Shown in pieces: positions 14,156 through 40,182 of a stretch of 64,000 nucleotides of DNA; within the stretch, counting starts at the first letter, position 1, and each line of letters starts with the position of its first letter. This DNA comes from Antedon mediterranea. Taxonomy: Eukaryota > Animalia > Echinodermata. A model generated the notes under the pieces. That model searched no databases. It saw only the letters and a program-made list of their open reading frames with translations, and had not been told where the DNA came from. Location of the stretch: assembly GCF_964355755.1 (NCBI RefSeq), contig NC_092675.1:8117812-8181811 (forward strand). Direction: 5' to 3'. Position numbers and translations under genes: made by a program.

Positions 14156-14163
14156 TATAAAAG
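14156..14163 (+). promoter_or_regulatory. TATA box (TATAAAAG) of family copy B; also at 17141, 33746 and 61912
   Basis: Conserved TATAAAAGGAGCCGT about 70-80 nt upstream of the ATG in four copies; deleted in copy A. Confidence 0.7.
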
Positions 14164-14224
14164 GAGCCGTTACTCTGGTATCGTACAAATTGATAAGTTT
14201 GATTCTCTACAACTTACAAACAAG

Positions 14225-14306
14225 ATGTTACTCCTCAAGAACCGCATGTTCGTTCTATTTGTAGTTATCGGAGTTGCTCATGTCCGAGCATTCCCTCAAA
14301 CTCAAA
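14225..14306 (+). CDS. EGF/CBM14 family copy B: signal-peptide exon only ([27 protein letters not shown])
   Basis: 82-nt phase-1 exon with A|GTAAGT donor. I found no EGF exon before the next promoter copy begins at about 15417. Confidence 0.7.
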
Positions 14307-15759
14307 GTAAGTTCTGTGTATTTATTTTTCATTATGATACCATACCGCTACAGTCCAGACTAAGTATAGTTATTCCGTTATTACGACGTTTGGTGTTTTA
14401 GTTTAGCTCATTGGCAATAGTGCGATTTAAACTTGTAAAATTGTAATATCAATAGGAATTGCTCTATGGTATCAATTACGATAGTTGATTTACTGTAATT
14501 GTCTTTAAAATTTAATTTTAGTTTCTTGTTTGCTTATAAATATTATTTGTTTATAGTTCCTTGACTTAAAGAGACAGTGAACCTCTATAACTCACAATCT
14601 AAAAATCACAATAATCTAAATTAACCTTCCGTCTGTCTAAAATGTGTATAATATTAACATATATATTCCTGTCTACCCAGGCAGCACTTGCGTGAAATTT
14701 GGAGGTATGAAACTTTGTTAATGAGTAGAACCAGCTTCCAGCATTAAATGTTAAAAATATGTTTATATTACTCAATAATTAATGATAATTATTAATAAAT
14801 TAATAGAAAACTAGAGAGGGCACTTTTCGATCAGAAAATGAATGTTTTTTATGTGCGTTATAATTCCGCTCGAGTTTATTCAATGTACTGTAATGTACAC
14901 TGTTATACTATTCTATTGGGAAGTAATTATTTTTGTGTGGATCTTCTTGGAGTTGTTTGAAAGCGTATCCACTTACTTCTTTTCTTCAGAAAACATCTAA
15001 TTTAGGTCTTAAAGTGACCCCTATACACCTCACACAACCAACTTCCAACGTGGCATATTCTGCCCACACACACTTCATCTCTCCTGAACTAACATAGTAC
15101 AGTATAAGTCAAAGTAATTGTTTTAAATTTTAAACAACCTGCCTCAAAAAATATTATATAATAGTAACAATAACAGAAAGGTAGATAGGTATTGTAATAA
15201 TTTTTAAATTTAAAAATGAAAAAAAAAACTGAATAAATGTTTATACATACATTATAAATGAAATAAAATAACTACTATTTTAGTAATGCATACACAAGTA
15301 CTGTGCTACAGACAGTGTACCGTGTGTTAAAAGTACAGCATTTATAGCAGACAGCAACGTGTATAACTTGCTATAGTTTTACAGATAGCACCTAGGGACA
15401 GTAGCAGAATCTGGTGAAAGTTTCCAAACTTGCAAATAACTTTTCCTTACTCTTCATTATATCTATGTATTGGTATGGAGATTTTTCCGTGATTTTATCG
15501 TAATCTTTTACCTGGAAACCAATTTTATGCCCAGATAGTTGGTCATTTACTTCAACACATATTTTGAAGACGAATTCTTACAAAAGAGCCTGATGCTGTT
15601 TTGTCTACCTTATTGTATAATGCCCTTTTACCTACTGTAATAAACATATTTAGTGACGGAAATAACGCAAGTAATATATATAATAATGTCATTAATAGAA
15701 TCATTCTTCACACTTAAATGATTTATTATACCGTTCCCAAACAACGTTAATTCTTACTA

Positions 15760-17053
15760 CTAGATGGCACGCTCGCTTCGCTCGCGTACCATCTAGGTCG
15801 TGCCCACAGATGGTTCTCGAATACACAGTATTTTCCAGCGAGAAAAAAATGGAGATTTCAAATGTACGTACTGCAGGACTATAATACATTGTCGTTTACA
15901 GAAACGAATAAATATACACGATGATTTATGTAGTCAGTTAAAATTAGCACCCTGGGAATTACTTCCGAGGGAGAAACAAAATGAGTCAAATTTTTTTATT
16001 TGGACTCATTTAAACAAACCCAATTTGAGTTTTGTATGTAACATTAAGGGTTGAGGTATGGGGGAAGAAGATAGGTACAAAGAGGAAACATTTTAAAATA
16101 TATTCTTATCCACTCAGTAACGAAATATTGTTTTTAATGTTTTATAGGCCTATAAATAATATACCACTAAATACAGTAAAACATTTACGATTTAATACTT
16201 TGTTAAAACTCTCACTGTCATAGTCGATTGAAATAGTGAAGTACATGTAACGATACACCACTACGTACGTTTATATATTTTTAAATTATTAATTAATACA
16301 AACGTTGAGAAGCAACTGTCAGTAATAACGTTTATTTATTTGTATATTATATGTTTATAATCTAACAGTAGGGCCTACCCACACTCACAGTAATAAAGTT
16401 TATTTGTATATTTGTTTATATTATATCTAACAGTACCAACACTCACAATAAGAAATTTGCGATTCAAATTGCGATCAAAAGTGGTTAATACCTTAACAGT
16501 ATTGTACAGCATTGCAATACTATTTATGTTTATTCTCCAAGGGGGCCCATAAATCTAAATCTATACCTCTATGGTTAAACCAAATAATTTGGAATGTTCC
16601 ATTCATCACAAATAAATACATTTGTAAAAACGTATATTACATGTATCAAAATAGCATTTTTTTAAAGAAAATCGGCCTGTCTTCAACATTATGATGCTGT
16701 ACTCGAACTGTTCAACCGGTTTTCAGCTATTAAAAACAATTATCGTAGGAGGAGATAGGAAAATGCGAAGTGTCCTCGTATTATTGTGTGCGGGTATTTT
16801 TCAAATTGACATCCATTAGACAGTGTATACCACGATCGGAAAACACCCCTATTTGGGGCAAATCGTTGAACCTAAATTCGTTTTAATCATCAATAACTAA
16901 TAATCGAACTCAATTTAATTAGTAAACAGGGTTACATCAGGTGGTTAAAATTAGTACCGAAAGTACGAACCAACTTTATATACCATCGAGTAAACATTCT
17001 AGAAATAACGCACGATTTTCCGATTTTTGCCCTTACGTAAATTTATATATAGA
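15760..17053 (-). mobile_element. Non-autonomous Helitron, copy 2 (near-identical inverted copy of 5249-6541), in the promoter region of copy C
   Basis: Reverse complement of copy 1 over its length; TC/CTAG ends. Confidence 0.85.
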
Positions 17054-17222
17054 TAATGTCTATTATGTTGCCACATATTGTTGTTGTAATCCCTACCTGG
17101 CATAATAAAACGCCATTCACTCTACTAAAAGACGAATGGTTATAAAAGGAGCCGTTACTCTAGTATGGTACAAATTAATAAGTTTGATTCTCTTGATAAG
17201 TGACCTACAACTAACAAACAAG

Positions 17223-30673
<13,451 letters not shown>

Positions 30674-31000
30674 AATTCAATAATAGTATTCATTAAATAT
30701 TTCAAATAGGGTAATACTACTATACCTACACTAATTCATTAATTACGTAACTGTTCCAGTTTATATTATTGTTGGTAGTGATTTAGGTTTAATAATGATT
30801 TAAATAATTTCTCTTATTACTGTGGTTGTTAATACAGTAAATATTCACAATAAATATCGAATAAAGTATGTTAACGTTTAAAGATGTATTGTATCCCCCT
30901 AAAAACCAATAATGTGTTTGTTTGAATATTTTAATGTCACATAATAGTTATTCATTCGCCTAAAAAATATTATTTACCTGAAAAATGTAATTTAAAGCAA

Positions 31001-31177
31001 AACAAGGCCAACAGCCATAAGTCGCGTGCTAAAACGCATAGTGATACCGGACCGACAGACAGACCGACAGACCAACCGACCGACATAGTGAACTATAGAG
31101 TCGCGTCTGTCGGTCTGTCGGTCGGTCCGGTATCACTATGCGTTTTAGCACGCGACTTATGGCTGTTGGCCTTGTTA
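31001..31177. mobile_element. Inverted fusion of two mini-HINEs forming a palindrome
   Basis: AACAAGGCCAACAGCCATAAGTCGCGTGCTAAAACGCATAGTGATACCGG ... exact reverse complement ending CCTTGTT. Confidence 0.75.
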
Positions 31178-33827
31178 TCTATGGACGTGATTTACTTTAT
31201 CAAAACAAAATGACCTATATTATTCAGTGTTAATATATGTTTTGGTATCGGAAAATGTCATAGTTTACATACATTAAATACACTAATTTTGATAGCTAAA
31301 CGATTTATATTCAACTGTAACATTTCAGAAGACCCACTGTATCTATATATAAATTATGGTTCATTCTGACATAGGCGAGCAAAATGCAAAAACTTCAGCG
31401 GTACAAATCTCCGCCTTGGATACCTACCTGATCTATCTCAGATGTACCGCGAAACGTAGATTTGATAACATTAGTTTTCACATCGATGCTATTGTTCCAT
31501 ATTTCTATTTTAGGAAGATATTATAAAGTTTTTAAACAAAATTTATGATTTCAACAGTAGATTTTCAACTCAATTTCAATTCTTCGCGGGTCTAAGTAAT
31601 TTCTGGGTTCACCTGCAACAACCTGGTTTCAACTATTTTCTCTCTTTTATAAACAAGGGAGCAGTTAAAATAATAGATTTGACCCTAAAGGTAACTGGAA
31701 ACAGGCACTTTCCATCATCAATCAATACAGTGTCCCTAGGGACTCCCTTTGGAAGAAGGAAGAAACGATAGTAAGACTAGAGCTTAAGGCCCTGTTAAGA
31801 CCCATGGCGTTAGACCGTTTTAGCGTACAATGTTACTATCAAGGTCACGTTACAAACCGCAGAGAAAAAAAACGAGGTGTTCTGACCCATAGCGTACGAT
31901 TATCGTCAACGGAAAGTATGTCATCCAGGTTGTTTCTAGTTGGATATTCATGTGCTCTTACCCACGTGTTTTCATCATTATTTCCACTGTATATAGGCCT
32001 AGATCTCAGCCCTACAATTATGACAAAATTTGCCGTAAATAAAACATACCTCATCATTTATTTAAGAAAAATATAGTAAAGCCAAATTTCTGTTTCTATT
32101 GTTACGGCTCTTGTGTTACGAAAATATAGCAGGCCTCGAAGAAAAAAATGATTGTGATTAGTCTATCCAGTCCAGTCAAAGATATATATTCTTTGGTCCA
32201 GTCGGTTGAAAATAACCCTTAACTTGCTAATAAAAGGGACACAGCTCCCCTGGCCGCGATTTTTTTTTTTCGTACAAAAGTTGGGGACCCCCCTCATGAA
32301 ACGTCACAAAATAAACATGAATGTGCACCCAAGCGTATAGCAACAAGAAGTGATTACACAAGTGCGGTACGATTCTAGGCCTATCTCCGCGCTGTTGTTG
32401 CGGCGTCCGATTTCATAGAAGAATAGCGGCGATTTGTGTGGATTGTCGAAATAATCAGCTTTTAGTTTATGATAGTGTTTTTAATATAATTTATTAATAC
32501 TATTAGGCCTAGGCCTAATTATTAGTCTCTAAACATATGTCTATTCTAGTAGAGCTGTGTGTGTGTGTTATAGGTATGACACAATCCGAGTAATAAGTCA
32601 GCAAAATTAAACAATAAACATTACACAAAAATACATTTTTTATTCTCGTGGGTCTAATCTTCCCATCTCATGTGTATATACGCGCATTTTTAAAGTTCCT
32701 TTGAGTACATGCATTGTTTGATAATAAAATAGCAGAATTAAAAAAAATACAGTACACAAATTATACACATTAATACCGTTCTGATGATTAACGAAGGTGA
32801 CCATATCCTAAAGTTTTCAACTTATTTGGTCACCTTCCACACTCATCATACTTTTTTTAATATCTAAATATTTAAGTAAAATGTATATTGATATGTGTGG
32901 AAAAGAATTAATAAACAAACAAACAATGGTACAAAAAATGGCATTTGGTGAATGATGAATTATATGAAGATATTATAACCTTTCATCATTCACCAAATGC
33001 CATGACAGGAATCTATTTAGATGTTAGTATAATAATGAAAAGCTCACGTTATAGGTTATTGACATGATACACATAAAACCGACTCCTTATTGTGGAAACT
33101 TTTCAAAGAACCTAACAAATATATTGATGATTATATCCCTTTATTCAAATAAGTCTTCAGGTTTCATTTTTTGTGTTAAACTTATTGAACCTTCCACTGC
33201 ATTCAAAAGTGTATACTTGGTTCAAGTAATACACTATTTAGCAAATAGCTTGCAATAATTTTACTTATAGCTATAGTTATCATAAAATACATAAAAGGTT
33301 TAGTCTTGGTATTAAGCATTTAATCCTATTATATCCATTTTATTGGAAAGTTTTAAAAGATCCAAATATGACTATTCTTACTACTCATTTATTTGTATGA
33401 TGTCCGTGTTTTTTTCTCATAGTGACATAGGTGGTTGGTTATTCACTTGAGAAGACGAATTCTTACAAAAGAGTCTAATGCTGTTATTCTTCCTATTTTA
33501 TTGTACAATAACCTTTTACCTATCAATATATTTGTGAGTTATTTGATAATAATATAGAATCTATTCTTCTTTTGTCGCATTGCTGTCATATATTGGTTTC
33601 ATAATTATTAGTTTTCCATATATATGTGCTGTACTCACTTACCTGTAAACATAATAAGGTTTTATATTTTTTCCACATATTGTTGTTGTAATACCTACCT
33701 TAAAACATAATAATAGGCCATTCACTCTACTAAAAGACGAATTGTTATAAAAGGAGCCGTTATTCTGGTATCGTACAAATTGATAAGTTTGATTCTCTTG
33801 ATAAAGGACATACCACTTACAAACAAG

Positions 33828-36800
33828 ATGTTACTCCTCAAGAACAGCCTGTTATTTTTTTTTGTAGTTATCAGAGTTGCTCATGTCCGAGCATTCCCTC
33901 AAACTCAAAGTAAGTTGTGTGTATTTATTTTTCATTATGATACCATACCGCTACAAGCCAGACTAAGTATAGTTATTCCATTATTACGATGTTTGGTGTT
34001 GTTTAAATTTAGTTTAGCTTATTAGCAATAGTGCGATTTAAACTTGTAAAATTGCAATATCAATGGGAAGTGCTCTATGGTATCAATTACGATAGTTGAT
34101 TTACTTTAATCGTCTTTAAAATTTAATTTTAGTTTCTTGTTTGCTTAGGCCTATAAATATTATTTGTTTATAGTTTCTTGACTTAAAGAGACAGTGAACC
34201 TCCGTTCCCTCCTCCTGTAAATGGTGAACCATGAGTTCACTGTTGTTCGGGAAATGAAATAAATAAGTAAATACATTTTTATTTTTAATTCATTACTTTG
34301 TGCGGTATTTTATGTAGCCGTTTTTCATGTTCGTGGCCAATGAGTCCTCTACTACCAATTTCAAAAAAAGTTATAATGCAATAATTTAATACATTTTTAT
34401 CATGTTATTATATCGTTTTAGTATTATTTTTGCGAATGGTCGCATATCTGTATTTCTGGTGTCCAGTTATATGTATTGTTTGTTTGGTAATGTCTTAAAG
34501 ACGCGCAATTAAAATGTTATATTGCGAAAAATCATTCTAAACATTTTCAATTTTTTTACATTGCGCGCGCAATTTTGCGCACGCAGCTCATAAGCAACAT
34601 AGAAAGGCCGTTTTTTTGGCAATTGATTTTTGCTTTTCATATCATCTGTAGCAGATTGCATTAATTTTGATGAACTTTAATTACAAAATAACGGCGCAGG
34701 TACACGTTGTAGGCCTACTTGAATAATCGTGTGTTTAAAAATGGATAATTTACTGCAACCTGTTTTCAATTCAGAATATGGCTGGTGTCCTCCAATTTTA
34801 GAAAACAATGTTATTGGAATCTGAGTTGTAGATATGAATTAATGTAAAATGTATACCTACCGGATGTTTTTGACTTGACCATATGACCACGCGAAAATCA
34901 ACGATTATAAATATAATGTCTTTGTTTAAATGGTTAAACAGGCAAGAACTGCGACATCGGTACGTAATTTTTTTTGTCAGGTAGACTTTAGGAGAGTTCA
35001 AGCCTGGTTTTTAAAAATGTTATAGCCTACAATTGTTGTTGTCTGGAGGAGAATGCCATTTCTCATATCCTATCCGTTTCTGACATCCATGGGGTTTGTT
35101 AACAACTCCCTGGCTTAAATTGACTGAAATCTATTTTATTTCAGATACAGACGAGTGCCGCTCTGACCCTTGTGAAAACGGCGGGACTTGCGCTCAGAGT
35201 CGTCCAAATGGAGGCTACACATGTACATGCATTCCTGCCTACATTGGTGACAGATGTGAGACTGGTAAGTTATCAATAAATATCTAAACAATAATATTAC
35301 ACATCCATATGACTATAGTTGTGACTAATCGAAACATATTGTTAGTAGTAAAACTATAATACATTGACAGATAGTATTAATCTTACAGATATAAATGAGT
35401 GCGACAGCAACCCATGTCAGAACGGAGCTACATGCATTAATTTGCTAAACATGTTTTGGTGCAACTGCGCCCCTGGTTTCCAAGGATACACGTGTGATCA
35501 AGGTACTAACGCTGATTTCATTCACCCAAAATATTTTGTAATATCGTAATCAGGCATCATGTTTAAAATGGACCTGAAATGGATTTTCGATTTTTTTCAT
35601 TTTAGAATGATGTTTTGGGGGCTATTAGGTGTTGCTAGAATGTATATTGTTACAAAATATAAATTGGCCCTTTTGGGGAAAGACCCATTTGAAAATCCAA
35701 AAAATTCGCGGGTGACGTCACTTTGCGAATATATTCCTATACCTCCAATGGACAATTTGCAGTTTTTTGGCTATAACTCTTGAAATGTATGGAGTATTTT
35801 CTAAAAAATGCTTGGGCATTTGCAGAAACGTGTTTAGAATTTTTTTAGACAAAATTATTACCGTATAAACGGTTATTCATCGAGTAAATGGCGATTTAAA
35901 ATCTTAAAATCAACGGTTTTTTTCTGGCAATACCGAAGTTGGCCTGGCAACGTTGTCCGGGATACAGCTCCGTGCGCAATGATGCGTATCCATATTTTCC
36001 GTTCGTGTATTTTGTATATCGTTCGTAATTTATACTGCTAAAATGTGTTAGTTTCTTTAGTTTTTAGTTTAGCAGAATTAAATTAGTAATAATAATGAGA
36101 TGATAATTTATTTGTCACGAATCACAGTTCAAAAACAAATTTTATTCATATTTTACTTTGGCTTGACAATGAGCGCAGCAAGTTGTTGATATCGCTTTGG
36201 TCCTTGGATACACATGAAACGGAGCCTCGCCGCATGATGGGGTGTCACGAAACCTAAGACCACGAAAGCTCAGACCCCCTAAGACCTAAGATCACGAAAG
36301 CTAAGACCCAACACCTAAGATTACAAATACTAAGATATACTACAGCTTAAAAACAATACTTGTTTATCCAGACATAATTTTAAACACAGTAGGTTTCATT
36401 TATTACCATAAATATAATTTAATACTACCGCAAAACATAGATAAACTCACATTATTTTCGCCCGTTGAGTAAATGTATAAACAAACAAACTTGACGGGTT
36501 GTTTGTTGGTATATATTTACTCCATTATGTTGCTTCAGAGGATGTTTTTCTTACGCACCTGCCTTTCTTGTATTTTGACTCCAAATTTGTTGACTAACTT
36601 TATCCTGAACACCACACTTTAAAATTAGGACTTATAAGTACTTTCAGAAGGAGAAACACATAATAACAAATAAATAAATCCTTTAAATTGATGATTTTAC
36701 AGATGTGTTTCTTTGTATACTGTAATGTAACTCCTTGAGCTCCCACCATGCTCAATGTTTTTGTTTCTATGGAGAGCCAAAAGAGCAAAAATAATAGTAC

Positions 36801-38876
36801 AAGTATAAAAACAGAAAGAAAACGAAACAAAAAAACTTATCATGATTTTTAAATTAAACTTTATTTGCCAGTATTTATTTCTTCGTACTTGCATGATTAT
36901 ACTATTATCATTACAATTTTAATTTTACATTGTTCCATCCACACTGTAGATGGACTCCACAGAGTTTTCAGCCCTCTATATAATTTTTTGCTCTTTTGAC
37001 GTTCCATAGAAACAAAAACATTGAACATGGGGTAGGCCTACTGTAGTACTGTAGGCTAGTCATTTTGTGTGCGAGAAAAACGTCTGTAAAATCATCAATT
37101 TAAAAATGTATTTGTTACTTTTTATGTGATTCTTTTTCATGAAAGTGCCAATTCTAAGGTGTGGTATTCAGAATAAATATTGGGAGTTAAAATACAAGGC
37201 AGGTGCGAAAGATAAATATTTGTAATCTTAGGTCAATTGGGTCTTAGCTTTCGTGATCTTAGGTCTTAGGGGGTCTTCGCTTTCGTGGTCTTAGGTTTCG
37301 TGACACACCCGCATGATGTGGATGGTGGTGGATCGACTCCGCGCGCTGGATTGGGGGCCTAGGCCTAGTAAAGGTTTGGGAGGTAGGCCTTCTAAATTCG
37401 GGTTTTAGAACAAACGAAGTACATTTTAGGGACCTATATTTCAACAACATTAGATATTGAATAAATTAGTATTAGTGTCAACGCTTCGCGTATCTTTCCA
37501 GGCCGTCGATCATTCACTGACTATCGGGCGGCATACACGCTCTCGATATCATTGTGTGTATGTGACGTCGTGAATATAGAGGCTTCCGACGGCCGTTGAA
37601 ATAGAATATTACAATGGCGTGAGTAATTTTCGCTAATTTACAATGGTATCTTAAAATTTCGTTTTTACTCAAAATACTATACATTTTGTTTTTATTTGTA
37701 TGGGTTTGTGTTAATTTGATACATTTAAATAACATGTGTGAATTTCTTGAAAATCGAAATTCCATTTCAGGTCCATTTTAATTTTGAATTCAAGTTATTT
37801 AGAATAAAGCTTTGTAATACTATCTTTAATTGAGGATTAAGAACCAGCATTTTGTATTATACCTATAAAACTGTGAACAATCCTTCATAACGGTGACTGT
37901 CTAGTGTTCCTGAATCTAAACCATAGACTTTAGCTCCCAAACGCAAGCAGACAATAGTTTGTAAACGTAAGTAACCTCGCAGTAAAAAGTTGTCTTGTGT
38001 AGACTAGGCTCTACTAGGAAACTTGATCAAACTTGTGTTTACAAACTGCGAGTTACCTTACATCAAGCGTGTAATAGGTTTACATTTTACATTACATTTC
38101 CAGAATGTAACCAAGCACAAACTGGTGACGTCTACTGCAATGGAAAAGATGACGGTAACTATGAATACCCAGGTGATTGTGGTAAATTTGTTCAATGTTC
38201 CGGTGGCGTAAGTACTGTCACAACATGTGTACCAGGTTTAGTCTACTCTGTTGAGAATGACGAGTGTGATTATCCATTAACAGTTGGACCATCTGCCCAG
38301 GCTGCTCAAGTTGGAGACTTCTGTTCTACAAAGAGTGCTGTCGGCTTATACAAGGATCCATCAAACTGTGAAAAGTTCTACCAATGTTCAAATGGCAAAA
38401 CGTATCACCACAGTTGTCCAACTGGTTTAGTATATAACGAAGTAGTCGAAAAATGTGACCATCATTCCAATGTACCCGGATGTGCAGAACCACAAATTAA
38501 ATTCGATCCATTTTGCTGGGATAAAGATGATGGAGCATACGCAGATCCAAGAAACTGCAACATGTATTACTGGTGTGACGATCAGATAGCTTTTCATTAT
38601 GCTTGTCTTGAAAACCAGGCTTATAATGCGTATCAGAATACTTGTAACAGAGAAATTGGTTGCCACAGCTTAGAACCTCAATACCAACAACTAGACGCAG
38701 AATGCGAAACTGCTAATGGTTACTTTCCAGACAACAATTACTGCAAAGGATACTACGTATGCATCCTAGGCTCTGCCCAACGCCTTGAATGTGATGGAAA
38801 TCTGGTTTTCAATCCACAAACCAAGAAATGTGACTTTGTTTCCAATGTTCCAGAATGTCAACCTGAAGATCAGTAG
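33828..38876 (+). CDS. EGF/CBM14 family copy D, apparently intact secreted protein: exons 33828-33909, 35145-35264, 35389-35502, 38104-38876 (SP + 2 Ca-binding EGF + 4 CBM14)
   Basis: TATA at 33746; all introns GT-AG and phase 1; open frame throughout. EGF exons TDECRSDPC and [13 protein letters not shown]14 repeats such as FCSTK...[11 protein letters not shown]...CPTGLVYN...[10 protein letters not shown]. No transmembrane segment. Confidence 0.85.
35567..37777. mobile_element. Kolobok-like non-autonomous element in intron 3 of copy D
   Basis: TTAA TSD on both sides; TIR AATGGACCTGAAATGGA(T/A)TTTCGATTTT. Confidence 0.8.
36239..37309. mobile_element. Foldback/MITE (MULE-like) nested in the Kolobok-like element
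   Basis: ~70-bp TIRs built of CTAAGA repeats, further imperfect inverted symmetry inside, and an 8-10-bp direct repeat (C)CGCATGAT(G) on both flanks. Confidence 0.8.
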
Positions 38877-40182
38877 TTAAAATGCGTTTACAGTCCATTT
38901 ATAGGCTGTTTTTACAAAATTGTAAATCAGTTGTACAAATTACTGAAAAACAAATTACTATAGGAAGTATGAAACAATAGGTATTGTGTTTCGGGGTATA
39001 TAACAATAGAGGTATTACCGTATATAATATAAATTAGTTACAGGCTATCATGTTGTGTTGGTAAAATTTAAAGTGGGTTAATTCAGTATGTTGCCTACTA
39101 TATGCTGTATAATTTAAATTGTACAACTTGTAGTCCAGTTTTACAAAGTACTGACAAGTTAATGACTACGGAAGTATAAAACAATAGGTGTTTTTGATAT
39201 ATAACAATTATTATAGGTATTATTTAATTTGATTACTTGACATCATGTATGGTCGGAAATTTTAAAAGGAGATACTTATGTATGCACGTGCATGAGTATT
39301 TTGATTAATTAAAAAATAAATAATAAGATCGTTAAAGGTGTCTTGGTAGAACAGGCCGACATATAATTAATACTGGTATTTTATAACAACGACAAAAATA
39401 AAAAGATAAGAATATAATGAGTATGTCTTGATTGAACTATACCGGAAATTATAACAATAGAGCTTCGCGATGCATGAATTGTGTGACGTCAAGCAAGATG
39501 TTAGTTTCACTATTTTTCAAAAAAAGTAAAACAAATAATAATTACTTCTAACTTTAAATTAACTTTCATTTTCATTTAAATGGTTTACGTTTTACATAGA
39601 GAATTTGTTGTTTCCTTTTAAAATAAAACAAAAAGGAGGTAAAGAGGAACGCTACTGACATCATGCATAAATTATTTTAGTGTGTATGGTAAAGGATGAC
39701 TAAACAGAGGCACATAAAAGTAATGAAATAGATTTTACTCGGACGCTAATCAAATCGGATCAGCGGCAGATGATTTCCCCATATTTTAAGTTTCCAGTAC
39801 ACAAAATATCGAGAGAAAATTTAGATTGTGATTACATTCAACTTCTTGATAAAAGCTCAGCTGATACTTTGTATAAACAATGTGAGGAAGAGATTGATTA
39901 TTTTACAGGTGATCTTGCAAAGGTGAAAGTGTTTGGTAGATGGTTTAATATACCTAGAAAACAGGTTAGTTTCTCTTTATATTTCTTCATGATGTTAATA
40001 TAGGCTACATACTATTACGTTTAAAATAATGCATGTTTACATTTTCAATACCGGCCTACAGCACTGTTTTTGTTTTTTGAAACAGATAACAGTTAATCAG
40101 AATCCAACTGATTATAATTGTATATTCATAAGAGAAACATTTTTAATAGTAGGCCTATGTTTCAACTCGACAGGTTTCTTAT

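Noticed and set aside
5249-17053. Two inverted Helitron copies as the TIRs of one 12-kb composite transposon
   Set aside because: Each copy has its own TC/CTAG ends, there is no shared TSD, and copy 2 interrupts a promoter block that is continuous in the paralogs.
36239-36340. Short CTAAGA repeats, and the 7900-8108 repeats, as a possible CRISPR array
   Set aside because: No constant repeat with unique spacers, no cas genes and a eukaryotic context; these are TIR subrepeats and a minisatellite.
37995-38103. N-terminal 36 aa of the 293-aa ORF
   Set aside because: Intronic read-through; the pyrimidine tract and CAG acceptor put the exon start at 38104.
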